Positions 1-14,239 of a DNA stretch of 64,000 bases are shown here, in pieces (the stretch's first letter is position 1; every line of letters starts with the position of its first letter). A model generated the notes under the pieces. The model was not told where the DNA came from and did not search any database. It was given only the letters and a program-made list of their open reading frames with translations. The DNA is from Eledone cirrhosa (lineage: Eukaryota), in NCBI GenBank assembly GCA_964016885.1, contig OZ024761.1:17918001-17982000 (forward strand), read 5' to 3'. The position numbers and the translations under genes are program-made.

Positions 1-286
1 GCTCTGCATGTATGCCATCCATACCTGGAGACCTTCCACTGTTCAGCTTCGAGATAGCCACTGCAACCTCCACAAGCATCGGAGGTTCTGCAAGAGCTAC
101 TTTCACAGGACTTTCTGGAATGAGATTGAGGAAATCTTCACTGACAACAGACGGCTGATTCAAAAGCTCATGAAAGTGCTCTCGCCACCTTCGTAGAATT
201 CCTTGTGAGTCACGAAGAACTTCTTTGCCATACTTGCTGCGAAGCAGTGTCACCAGAGAAGAAGACGGACCATAAACTTCACGCAT
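1..286 (-). mobile_element. RTE/BovB-like LINE ORF fragment (region just upstream of the RT domain), runs off the window edge
   Basis: Minus-strand translation [46 protein letters not shown]...EVAVAISKLNSGRSPGMDGIHAE has the RW.EHF..LLN and K(A/S)PG.DGI.AE motifs of non-LTR RTs. Confidence 0.8.
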
Positions 287-2620
<2,334 letters not shown>

Positions 2621-2710
2621 CTGTGTCGAATGAAAGAGAGAGAGAGAGAAGGGGAAGGCGAGGTATAAAATAAATAGAATAAACCATACAGCTTTTATTT
2701 TTATTCTTAC

Positions 2711-2727
2711 CTGAATAAACCTGACAT
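2711..2727 (-). CDS. Possible first coding exon (MSGLFR, phase 2) of a gene running leftwards out of the window
   Basis: aagATGTCAGGTTTATTCAG|GTAAGA has a purine at -3 and a strong donor, and is preceded by non-repetitive CpG-containing sequence (2730-3140) that could be 5'UTR/promoter. No downstream exon is visible. Confidence 0.3.
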
Positions 2728-3232
2728 CTTTCTTTTCTGTTTTTTTTGTTCTCTTGCTTTTTCGCTTTTTATTTCATATGAAAAATTCTCTGATTTCTTC
2801 TCAATTAATACATATTGAATGTTGTTGAACAAACCATGTCTGGGTTTCTCGCTCTTTCCGCTTCCACTTGGCGACGGGCTTCGGAGAGAGTATTTCCTCT
2901 ATAGCAGACTGTTATTGTTGTTGTTGTGGTTATGTTTTGGTCTTACTGTTGTCATTGTGACTGTTGTCGTTGTTGTTATGTATTGCGTACTATTGTTGTT
3001 TAAACGAGGTGAGGTTTGTCTTAGTGAAGTAAAACAAAACAAAAAAAAAATGTTTGAAATATCGGAGGAAAAATATGAGAAAGACGCGGTTTGTATTAGA
3101 AGCCGTAAACTGGACGACACGAGTTGTTTATCTTGATCAGATGTAATGTGGAAGGGAGGGATGACTAGTGTAATGGAGAGAAGGGGGGGGGATAAGAGAA
3201 GGAGGGGGAATGAGAGAAAAAGAGGATAAGTT

Positions 3233-4935
3233 AAAGAAAGAGAGTTGCTGTAAGAGGAGGAGAGAGAGAGAGTACGTGTCGGAGGATAGAGAAAAAAAGC
3301 AAGTGTGAGAGGAAGAAAAGTGAAAGAGAGTAAATGTGAGAGAAATTAAGTGTATGAATAAAGGCAGAAAGTGTGAAAGAAAGATAGTTAATATGAGAGA
3401 AGGGGAGTAAGTGGAAGAAAAAAATGAATAAAGGCAGAGACAGAGAGAAAGATAAATAGAAGCAGAGAGGGAGAAAGCGTACTAGAGACACAAAGAGAGT
3501 GAGTAAAAGTGAGAGATACAAAGACAGGAGTGAGAGGAAAGGAGGGCTAAAAACAGATAAATAGAAAGAGTGAGTGAGTGAGTATAAGGAGTATAGAGAG
3601 AGAAAAAAAAAATGATAGGAGACAGAGAGAGGGTAAGTGAGAACGTGTGTGAGGGATTAATAAATTGCGATATATAGATAAAGAGGGAGAAAAACAAAGA
3701 GAGACGATAGAATAAAGATATAGATGGAGGGGGAATAGAGATACGGAAAGAGGTAAATAAGAGAACTACATAGATTTAAATAGAGAGTCGGAGGTGATAA
3801 AATTAGACGTACAGAAAAAGAGGAATAGCGGGAGGAAGGTGATAGAAATAGTTATATATATAAAGAGAAAGAGGGGGGGCGGGGGGGGGGGGGTTAATTA
3901 TCAGTGATATATAGAGTTTAACAGGTAAATTATATATAAGAAGTGAAATGGAAATAGAGAGCGATATATATATATGTAGTGACCTACATTCCGCGGGCTC
4001 ACATACATTCTCCGTGCGTGATTTGGCTTAGCTCAGCCAATCAGCGCCAGCAGAAGAGAATGTATCCCTACGCGTCCTGAGGGAGAAATTCCCGCGTCGG
4101 TTTGAGAAATCTCTGTTTTGCATCCTGACCATGATAAAGTGCAGACCACTTGGTCTCTTGCAGCTTGAACGCCGAAGGACCAACACAAACAATATGCAAC
4201 GGTGAGATTTGCACTTTGGCCTGGCACAATGCCACATTCCTTTTGTAACTGTTTTAGGCTTAACTTCAACCATACAAAGTAACAAACTTTACTTTGTACC
4301 ACAAAATAAACATACATTTCATCTCACGAACATTCTGCTCGTTGACATTATTATCGTTGTCGATATGACTAACATATACTTCTCATTTATCATGCAACCA
4401 ACTGCTTTTCTTTCGCCATGAAATCACTAGCCAAAATGTAACACGGCCTGGCAACACTCCAGCCAGTAGACCGTACGTTCCGAATTCTTAATTCGTTTGT
4501 TCTATCTCTCTTGGCATGCCAGCTCTACTCAGCTCAACCTTTGTTAATAAATAACATAAGTTAAAGTCGTTGTCGATATTCCTATCATCTTTCTACCAAA
4601 CTGATTACTCGTGGCGCTGTAACTATTACATTACTACATCTAAGTAACTCTGCTAAACGGTGATTAATAAAACTGCTACAATCTAACATAAATGACACAT
4701 CTTCCTGTTAAAACTGGTGACCTTCGACGCAGGAGTATTTAGGCATGAAATGCTCCTTTGCAATATATATATATATATACATCAACCAACCATTTCCTGT
4801 TAAATATATATAAAGAGAGAGAGAGGTGTAAACAGGAAAAAATACAGAGGGATGAGTGAAAAGGCTTACGCATTTAGAAAGAGGTGAATAAACAGTACAT
4901 ATACATATATTTTGTTGTAATATGCAAACATTAAT
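3233..4935. repeat. Purine-rich block duplicated at 13136-13796 (this copy interrupted by a putative solo LTR)
   Basis: 3233-3860 aligns with 13136-13635 and 4800-4935 aligns with 13670-13796 (e.g. AGAACTACATAGATTTAAATAGAGAGTCGGAGGTGATAAAATTAGACGTACAG is in both). Confidence 0.85.
3975..4762 (+). mobile_element. Putative solo LTR
   Basis: About 790 bp with TG...CA termini (TGTAG...TTGCA), ATATA on both flanks, internal CCAAT and AATAAA. Absent from the paralogous block at 13.1-13.8 kb. Confidence 0.4.
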
Positions 4936-5089
4936 GGATTGTAAGACCGAAAGAGTTAATGATAAACAAACCATCATCAAAATCTCGTCAATTCGAGACT
5001 GCTGCGAGATTAGGCCCTTAATGCGAAAATTAACACTTAATATAGTGAAAAAAGTTAAAACAACAAGTGTTTTTTTAACTTTGAAAGTG

Positions 5090-6040
5090 CAACAATGAAT
5101 AAACAAGAAACAAACGATAATATTAGTGATTTATCTTCAAATGAATGTGATGTTTATATTTCTGAAAAGTTGGTTATCTCCCTTACATCAATTTTGATAT
5201 CGATTTTTTATTGCTCAACGTGGGTCGATTTGAAAAATGTTTGTGATGTGACAATATTAGCGACTTGTGCAACGTGCACAGAAAATTTGGTCAAATTCAG
5301 TTGGTAATTGTAAAAGCCACACAGACAGTAGGTAATTGTAAAAGCCACACAGACACACACACATCCTCGCTTTTATATATATAAAGATGTTATTATAGAG
5401 TTATAAATATTACTGAGTGCATAATATGCCTTGAAATTTCGGGAAAATCGGCTAGACGTAACGCCTCCAAAAAGCCTTAAGAAGCTGAAAAAATGAAGTT
5501 TTTCACCTAATGCGGGCCCTAGGCCATACGAAAGTTGGATTTGCTTTGCTCACGGTATGAAGAAGAAAGTAACTAATACATAGTTACAATTTCAAGGAAA
5601 TTGGTCTGACGTAACGCCTCAAAAAAACCCTAAAAATCTTAAAAAACGCAGTTTTTCAGCTAATGCGGGCCCTAGGAGATAGAAAAAGTTGAATGTAAAG
5701 TTTGAAAAAAATCGGTTGGGTACTTCTCGAGTTTTAGGGATTCAAACTCACAGACACACAAACACAGACAGACATCCACAGAGAAGCGACGTAATGCAGA
5801 TATACAGACAGATATTATAAGGGCCCAACGTTATATGTATGTATCTATCTAAAAAGAGAAAGACTAAGAATTATAGAGCGAGGTCGCTAAATTGCCTAAT
5901 GTGGTCCCTAGGGCATTGAAAATTTTAAACATAAGTATTATATCTGTAAAGTTTGAAAACAGTCGGTTGGGTGGTTCTCGAGTTTTAGGGATTCGAACTC
6001 ACACACACACAGACAGACATCCTCAGTTTTATATATATAG
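5090..6040 (-). mobile_element. Cluster of non-autonomous Helitron/Helentron-like repeats
   Basis: Units end in ...CTCGCTTTTATATATATA(A)AGAT. 5168-5390 recurs at about 46298-46487, and there are internal duplications (5690-5770 vs 5945-6030). Confidence 0.5.
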
Positions 6041-6819
6041 ATATATAAACATATATATATATATATAAACATATATATATATATATATATATATAAACAC
6101 ACACACACATATATATATATATAAACATATATAGATATATAAACATATATATATATGCATATTTCAAAATTTCAACCCCGCGACTACAACAACAGCAACA
6201 GCACCATTGTCTGCAGCAGCAGCATCAGTGAAATGAACAACAACAACGGCAGCAGCAGCAACAAAAACAACTGCCACCACCATCACTGACATCATCCACC
6301 ACCATCACATCGCCGCCGTCGCTGGCACCGTCCACCGCCACCGCCATCACTGTCACCATCCACCACCATCACTGACACCAGCCACCACCTTCACTGGCAC
6401 CATCACCACCACCACCGTCCACCACCACCACCACCATCACCATCACTGACACTATTCACCGCATCCACCACCACCACCATCACCAGCGTAAAGCAAACAA
6501 TTATTATCGATAAAATAAAGTACCAGTAATGTACTGGGTAATTGCTGGCCTTGTGCCAATAGTAGAAACAATTATTATTATATAAAAACTGACCTGGACT
6601 GGAAAAGTCAACAGTTGACATAATTTTGATTTTGTATCAGTACTGACGGTAAAAAATATATATATATGTATGTATGTGTGTGTGAGTGGTGTGTGTGTTT
6701 GTATGCATGAGTGTTGGTGTGTGAGTGGCGTGTGTGTTTGTAGTTTGTATGCATGAGTGTTGGTGTGTGTGTGTCGTTTCAATAAGTGGTTTTTTTTTTT
6801 ATGACCATGCTGTAAAATG

Positions 6820-9800
6820 GAGAGGTAGAGAGGGCCCTTGAGTCTAGTAAGACATCCTCTCTAGTGCTGGTGGCACAAATAAAAGCACCCAGTCCATGTT
6901 GTAAAGTGGCGCTGGTGTTAGGAAGGGCATCCAGCCAGTGTATCAATGCCAAAACGCTTATCAGCACAGCAACAAATAGATAGAAACAACAATAAAATAT
7001 GAAGACGTCGCATCTCAGAGTTGCAACACAACGTTAGCACTCTCAGAGGTAGATCTGCTGAAATAGCGGAGATGCTGGAGAGAAAGCATGTGGATGTGTG
7101 CTGCGTGCAAGAGGTGAGATGGAGAGGTGCCTCTGCGAGACTAGTCGCAGCCAAACATCTTGGCTATAAGCTTTTCTGGGTAGGTAAGGATGATGGGTTA
7201 TGAGGAGTAGGCATTTTCCTGGCTGAGAGATGGATCAATAAGACAATAGAGGTAGTTCGAGTTAGTAATCGAATAATTAAGCTTAGATTAGTTGTAGGTA
7301 GGAGACTACTGACAATCATCTCTGCCTAGGCAAAGAAGAGATAGACTGCTTTTACAAGCATTTTTTACAAACAATCGCAATGACAGAGGACGGAGACATC
7401 GTTATGCTAGCAGGGGACTTCAATGGTCATGTTGGCCAGCTCCAGGATGGTTACAATGGGGTACATGGTGGGCACGGTTACAGCTCAAGAAATGAAGAAT
7501 GAGTGAGACTTCTTGAATTTTGTGATGCAAGTACACTGACTATTTGCAACACAAACTTCCAGAAACCTGCCAACCACCTAATAACCTACAAATCTGGTGA
7601 GCACATAAGCCAGATTGACTTCTTACTAGTTAGGCAGCGGGACAGGCAGATGGTGTCTAATACCAAGGCATACCCTGGGGAAGAATGTACCCCACAGCAT
7701 AGGTTAGTCGTTAGTGATATCTCAGTAAGCAAGAGATGGAATGAGACATACAGAAAGGTGTGGAGAAGAAAGGTCTGGAAGCTAAAAGACCTTTCACTAA
7801 AATACAAATTTAGAAAGCCCTTCAAGATGTGTATGACGAAAAAGAAGACGATTTAGAGACGTATAACATAGATAATAACTGGAATTTCTTATATAACAAC
7901 TTACTGCAGGCTACTGATGAAACTTGTGGCTGGAGCGGAGCTCCAACCAGATGGAGAGTGACCTGGTGGTGGAACAGCACAGTAGATAATGCCACTAGAG
8001 ACAAAAGACTAGCATGGAATGCTTGGAAAAAGGGTGGGAGTAGGGAAGGATATACAGCCACTAAGAGAGAAGCTAGACGTCAGGTGTACTTAGCACGCAG
8101 GGAGGCGGAGAGTAGGAGGTTTGCCAATGTGCTGCGACGGGAAGATCAGAGGCGTGCGGTGTTCCACATTGCAAGGCAGTGTGTCAATGCAAATCAGGAT
8201 GTTGTTGGAGATAAATGTGTCCGGAATGATGCCGGTGTACTTAGTGTCACAAATGATCAGAAAAAGGAGGCCTGGAAATGTCATTATGAGAGACTGATAA
8301 ATGTGGAGAACGAATGGAAGAGAGAGAAATTACCCTCAGTAGATCCGACAGAGGGACCAGCTTTTGAGATTGACGAATATAGGGTCCAAGAGGCGATTAG
8401 GGAAATGAAAAATGGTAAGGCTGCCGGACCATCGGGAATAGTTGCTGAGATGCTGAAGGCATCAGGGGACGTAGGCACTGAACTGGTTGCACGCATCATC
8501 AATCAGGCTATATATGGTGGTGTCATACCCAAAGACTGGTGCAGCAGTATTCTCAAATTGCTACAAAGGTAAAGGGGATGCTCTGGAGAGGAGCAATTAT
8601 AGGGGTATAAAACTGATGGATCAGGTTATGAAAGTGGCAGAAAGGATATTAGCACAACTAATTAGAGAAAGGGTCAAACTAGATGAGATGCAGTTTGGTT
8701 TTGTGCCTGGGAAGAGTACAACAGATGCTCTCTTCTTGGTGAGACAATTACAAGAGAGGTTCTTAGAGAAAAATAAACCACTATACTTAACCTTTGTTGA
8801 CCTAGAGAAGGCCTTTGATAGGGTACCCCGATCTGTCATTTGGTGGTCCCTAAGGAAACTAGGTATTGAGGAATGGCTTGTGAGGACATTGCAAACTTTG
8901 TACAGAGGTACTGTCAGTAAAGTCAGGGTAGGAATGGAGTTTAGTGAGGAATTCCAGATACAAGTAGGAGTACATCAAGGTTCGGTCCTCAGCCCGCTCT
9001 TGTTCATTATAGTCCTCCAAGCCATAACAGAGGAGTTTAAGACTGGCTGTCCATGGGAACTTCTCTATGCTGACAATCTGGTTCTTATATAGCAGAATCA
9101 GTAGAGGGGCTAGAGAATAAATTCTGGCTATGGAAACAGCAGTTGGAAGCAAGAGGACTGAGAGTGAATCTAGCTAAGACAAAAGTGTTGATGAGTAGAA
9201 AAGAGGACAAAACTCTGATTCCGTCAGGGAAATGGCCATGTTCGATATGCAGAAAAGGAACTGGCATAGATTCTATAAAATGCACACAATGCAGATCCTG
9301 GGTACACAAGATATGTAACGGGATAGCAGGCAAACTAATAGGTAGGGAGAAATATGTAGACAGTAGAAGTCGCATTAAAAGACACATTTTTGAAATGCAG
9401 GCGGGTGCTATAGAAGTGGTGGATAGTTTCCGGTACCTAGGAGATCAGATTAGCATGGGAGGGGGGTGTTCAGAGGCCATAGTATCTAGAATAAGGATGG
9501 GTTGGAAGAAGTTTAGGGAGCTGCTGACGAAGAAGGGTTTCTCCATGCGTACGAAAGGCCGGTTATATGATGCCTGTGTGAGGAGTGTGATGCTGCATGG
9601 TAGTGAGACATGGGCAGCAACTGCAGAGGATATGCGACGGCTGGAGAGAAATGAGGCAAGCATGCTCCGTTGGATGTGCAGTGTCAATGTGCGTGATCGA
9701 CCCAGCATGAATGTGTTGAGAGAGAAACTGTGTCTGAGAGGGATAGAATGTAGTGTGCGAGAGAGGAGACTGGGGTGGTATGGACATGTGAAGAAGTGCC

Positions 9801-10015
9801 AGGAAATGCCAGTTGAAGGAAGATGTGGTAGAGGTAGACCACGAAAAACATGGGCGGAGGTGGTGAGAACAGACCTCAGATTGCTGAAGCTCACGGTGGA
9901 GATGATGAAGGACCGTGGCATGTGGAGAGATGCTGTGCTGAATAAGATCTGTTTCTTGAGCTGTAACCGTGCCCACCATGTACCCCAGTGTAACCATCCT
10001 GGAGCTGTCCAACAT
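6820..10015 (+). mobile_element. Near-full-length decayed RTE-clade LINE (APE endonuclease + RT + PHD-like Zn-finger insertion)
   Basis: APE motifs (NVSTL, CVQEVRWRG, GDFNGH, SQIDFLLV, QHRLV) and RT motifs (KAAGPSGI.AEMLK, NYRGIKL, QFGF.PGKSTTDA, FVDLEKAFD, GVHQGSVLSPLLF, YADNL, FRYLG, GRPRKTW) are split over ORFs 7021, 7503, 7829, 8487 and 9143 by stops and frameshifts. Confidence 0.95.
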
Positions 10016-10202
10016 GACCATTGAAGTCCCCTGTTAGCATAACGATGTCTCCGTCTTCTGTCATTGCGGTTATTTGTAAAAGTGGCTCGTAAAAGCAGTC
10101 TTTCTCTTCTTTGCCTAGGCCTGCTTAGGGAGCATAGTCAGAGATGATTGTCAGTAGTCTCCTGCCTACAACTAATCTAAGCTTAATTATTCGAACTACG
10201 TC

Positions 10203-10589
10203 AGTTCAAAGTATTGAGTGCCTATCATATCATTATCTTCAAATTTCTCTTAAGCTATATTCCAAATGTCAACAGACACGTTCACAAACACACACACTCA
10301 CACGCGCACCCACACACACACACATACATATATATACATACACATATAGACATATATATATACATATACATATATATATATACACACATATACATATATA
10401 TACATACACACACACACATATATATACATAATCACACATATACACATATATACATATATATACATACATATATATATATATATACATACACACACATATA
10501 TACATATATATATACATACTTATACACACATATATATATATATTATGGAATAATGTTGGCTTCTTGCTACAATAATTTCTATACTTTTC

Positions 10590-10644
<55 letters not shown>

Positions 10645-11717
10645 TATATATATATACATATACACATATACATATATATATATATACATACACACATACA
10701 TATACATACATACACACATATATATATACACACACCTGCCTTCTACTACAATGACGCCCTCGCCCACAGCGGATTTAAAGAAAAGATAACCTACCTAGAA
10801 ACCACTGCAAGATTGCAGAGGAGGAATAGGCATAGGCAGATTAGCTGGTACAACCCTCCCTTCAATAGAGAGGTCTCTACACCGATAGCTAGGATTTTCT
10901 TCACTTTGCTGAAAACACACTTCCCCATACAAAATAGGTACTACACCATCTTTAATAAGAACACAATAAAACTCTCCCACTCCACCACACCTAACCTAGC
11001 TAGGAATATAGCCAACCACAATTCTAAAAAATGAAATAAGCCAACCACCTCCGAACCCAATCCTAGGACTGGGGCCTTGTGTAATTGCCTAAATAAGGAA
11101 GCCTGCCCACTTGAAAACAAATGCCTGACAAATGCGATGTCATCTCAGGCACTGATGATTGCAATAACAAAAAGACTTACATCGGCATGACTTCCAATAA
11201 CTTTAAGACCCGTTGGTATGCCCATACCCACTCCTTCAGAAGACCGGACAAATTAAACCAGACAACACTCGCCTCCTATGTTTGGGACCTCAAAAGGAAC
11301 TCCACCCACTTCACGCTTAAATGGAAAATACTCCAGGTAGCGCGCTCTTACATCGGAGGACACAAGGGCTGTGACCTTTGTATCGCAGAGAGCTATGAAA
11401 TTTTATTCGCCAAGGGCCCGCTACTGAACAAACTCTCTGAACACTGCCCGAACTGCATGCACAAGAACTTTGCAACTTTCAAGTACCTTAAGCCAGTGTT
11501 AATGCCCGATGGCTAAAAACGACTTCCCCCTTTAGCCCCTCTACCTCCTTCCCACCCACCCCCATCCCTCCTCAACCTGAAATACGGCCACTACGGTTAT
11601 GCGAGTACCTCTTACCTATCTGCATTTTCTGCCTGTAGAGCTGTTTTTATGTGACTGTGTATATGCGTATATTTATGAGTACTTATTTGTATATATATAT
11701 ATATGTATGTATATGTG

Positions 11718-11750
<33 letters not shown>

Positions 11751-12418
11751 ATATATATGTGTATATGTATATATATGTGAATATATGTATATAGATATAT
11801 ATATATATATATATATATGTATTTATATATATATATATATATCTGTGTGTGTATGTGTGTATATATATATATATGTGTATATATGTATATATCTGTGTAT
11901 GTATTTATTTTTATATATATATGTGTGTGTATATATATTTATGTATATATGTATGTATGTGTATGTTTGTGTATATATGTATGTATGTACGTGTGTGTGT
12001 ATATATATGTGTATATATATACATATATGTGTGTATATATGTATATATATATATGTATATGTGTGTGTATGTATGTGTATGTGTGTGTGTATATGTATGT
12101 ATTTATCTGTATGTGTATATATATGTATGTGTGTATATGTATATATATGTATATATATATATATGTATATGTATATATATATGTATATGTATATATATAT
12201 ATAATGTATATATATATATGTATATATTTATATATATATGTATATGTATATATGTATATGTATATATGTATATGTATATATGTATATGTATATATATGTA
12301 TATGTGTATGTATGTGTATATGTATGTATATATATGCATACGTGTATATATGTATATATATATATGTGTGTATATATATATGTGTGTATGTATGTATATG
12401 TATGTATATATATATATA

Positions 12419-12467
<49 letters not shown>

Positions 12468-13100
12468 ATATATATATATATGTATATATGTGTATGTGTG
12501 TGTATGTATATATATATGTATGTGTGTATGTATGTATATATATATATATGTGTATATGTGTGTGTATGTATATATATATATATATATGTATATATATGTG
12601 TATATGTGTATGTATATATATGTATGTGTGTGTGTGGGTGTGAGTGTGTGTGTTTGTGAATGTGTCTGTTGACATTTGGAATATAGCTTAAGAGAGACTT
12701 GAAGATAATGATATGATAGGCACTCAATACTTTGAACTGGTCTATAGAATTCTCTAGGCCTTTGTCACTCTCAGTAGAACCTTAAAGAATTAGCTTTTAA
12801 CCTGAAATATAGGCATTGTTAGCTTAAGAGAAACTTAAAAATAAGGAGTGGCACCCCATTCTGAACTTGTTTATAGAATTCTTTCTGCCTTTGTTACTCT
12901 AAATATAAATTATAGCTATAAAGATTTAGCTTTTAATGAATTCCCTTTTCTATCAACCATTGACCTCTACCCATCCCACTCCCTACCCTCTCCTGCCAAA
13001 TGAAGAGGCCTATAAATACCATATTTATTTTTTGATACCCAGATTCCTGATGATTTCTAAAGTATGAAACAGTTCTAGTCCTGTAGAATCTCATCTATAT
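10203..13100 (+). mobile_element. 5'-truncated Penelope-like element: inverted partial pseudo-LTR, C-terminal RT/GIY-YIG endonuclease fragment, 3' pseudo-LTR ending in a hammerhead
   Basis: ORFs 10813-11034 (ISWYNPPF...LLKTHFP...IFNKNTIKLS) and 11121-11516 (TYIGMTSNNFKTRWYAH...WKIL...CDLC..E) match the Penelope GIY-YIG region. 10203-10310 is the reverse complement of about 12635-12740. Confidence 0.9.
13041..13091 (+). ncRNA. Minimal type-I hammerhead ribozyme (Penelope-associated)
   Basis: AGATTC-CTGATGA-TTTCTAAAGTAT-GAAACAG-TTCTAGTC-CTGTA-GAATCT. Stem I AGATTC/GAATCT, stem III ACAG/CTGT, GUA cleavage triplet at 13083-13085. Stem II is poorly paired. Confidence 0.7.
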
Positions 13101-13162
13101 TAAAACTGTATATATATATATATATACACATGTATAAAGAAAGAGAGTTGCTGTAAGAGGAG

Positions 13163-13229
<67 letters not shown>

Positions 13230-13796
13230 TAAGCGAAAGAGAGAGAGTATGTGTCGGAGGAGAGAGAAAAAGATCGTAGATGCAAGAGGAAGAGGGAAAC
13301 TGAGAGAAAAAAAAGCAAGGACGGCTAAAAACAGATAAAGAGTGAGTGAGTGAGTATAAGAAGTATATAGAGAGGAAAAAATGATAGGAGACACTGAGAG
13401 AGAGTAAGTGAGAACGTGTGTGAGGGATTAATAAATAGCGATATATAGATAAAGAGGGAGAGAAACAAAGAGAGACGATAGAATAAAGATATAGATGGAG
13501 GAGGAATAGAGATACGGAAAGAAGTAAATAAGAGAACTACATAGATTTAAATAGAGAGTCGGAGGTGATAAAATTAGACGTACAGAAAAAGAGGAATAGC
13601 GGGAGGAAGGTGATAGAAATAGTTATATATATATATATATATATATATACAAATAAAATATATATGTATTTATATATAGAGAGAGAGAGAGAGTTGTAAA
13701 CAGGAAAAAAGAAGAAGGGATGAGTGAAAAGGCTTACGTATTTAGAGAGAGGTGAATAAACAGTACATATACATATAATTTGTTGTAATATGTTAA

Positions 13797-13822
13797 TGAC
13801 GTCACCGGAAGTGACGTTTGAA
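13797..13822 (+). promoter_or_regulatory. Putative ERCC6L core promoter: CRE + ETS/CRE composite + CHR
   Basis: TGACGTCA (13797-13804), CCGGAAGTGACGT (13805-13817) and TTTGAA (13817-13822) sit just upstream of a candidate non-coding exon. Confidence 0.55.
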
Positions 13823-13943
13823 ATCAACAACTGGCGGTAGAATTGAATTATTGAAAGTTGTGGCAAAATTGTCTTAGTTTTTGCTTCTTTCTTCGAAATC
13901 TATTATTTTTTGTGTGTGAAAACGAAAACAGGATTCAATCCAG
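13823..13943 (+). other. ERCC6L: Candidate non-coding first exon of ERCC6L
   Basis: Unique sequence after the promoter motifs, ending CAG|GTAGAT. The first coding exon has an upstream acceptor (TTTATAG|16608), implying a 5'UTR exon. Start is approximate. Confidence 0.45.
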
Positions 13944-14186
13944 GTAGATTATTTCATTGAATTAAAAAAAAATATCTATTTTATTATCTAAATCTTGCTT
14001 TTTTTCTAGTTAATTGTATAGACATGTATATATATATATATATATACACACATATATATATATAGACATAGACACATGTATATATACATACACATGTACA
14101 TATATATATATATATTTTCTCTTAGGTTAATCACTACCTTGATTAAATCTTAACCATTTAACATCTCAGGGTATGTCATGTATCAT

Positions 14187-14239
14187 ATTTTGTCTGATGA
14201 GGACGTACTGTTGTACATCCGAAATATGTATAATAAAAT
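14187..14239 (+). ncRNA. Type-I hammerhead ribozyme in predicted intron 1 of ERCC6L
   Basis: ATTTTGT-CTGATGA-GGACGTAC-TGTT-GTACATCC-GAAAT-ATGT-ATA-ATAAAAT. Intact core, 7-bp stem I (one G:U), 8-bp stem II (one mismatch), minimal stem III, AUA cleavage after 14232. Confidence 0.75.

Noticed and set aside
2711-2727. Naming the MSGLFR exon as V-ATPase subunit a
   Set aside because: Resemblance covers only LFR; insufficient evidence
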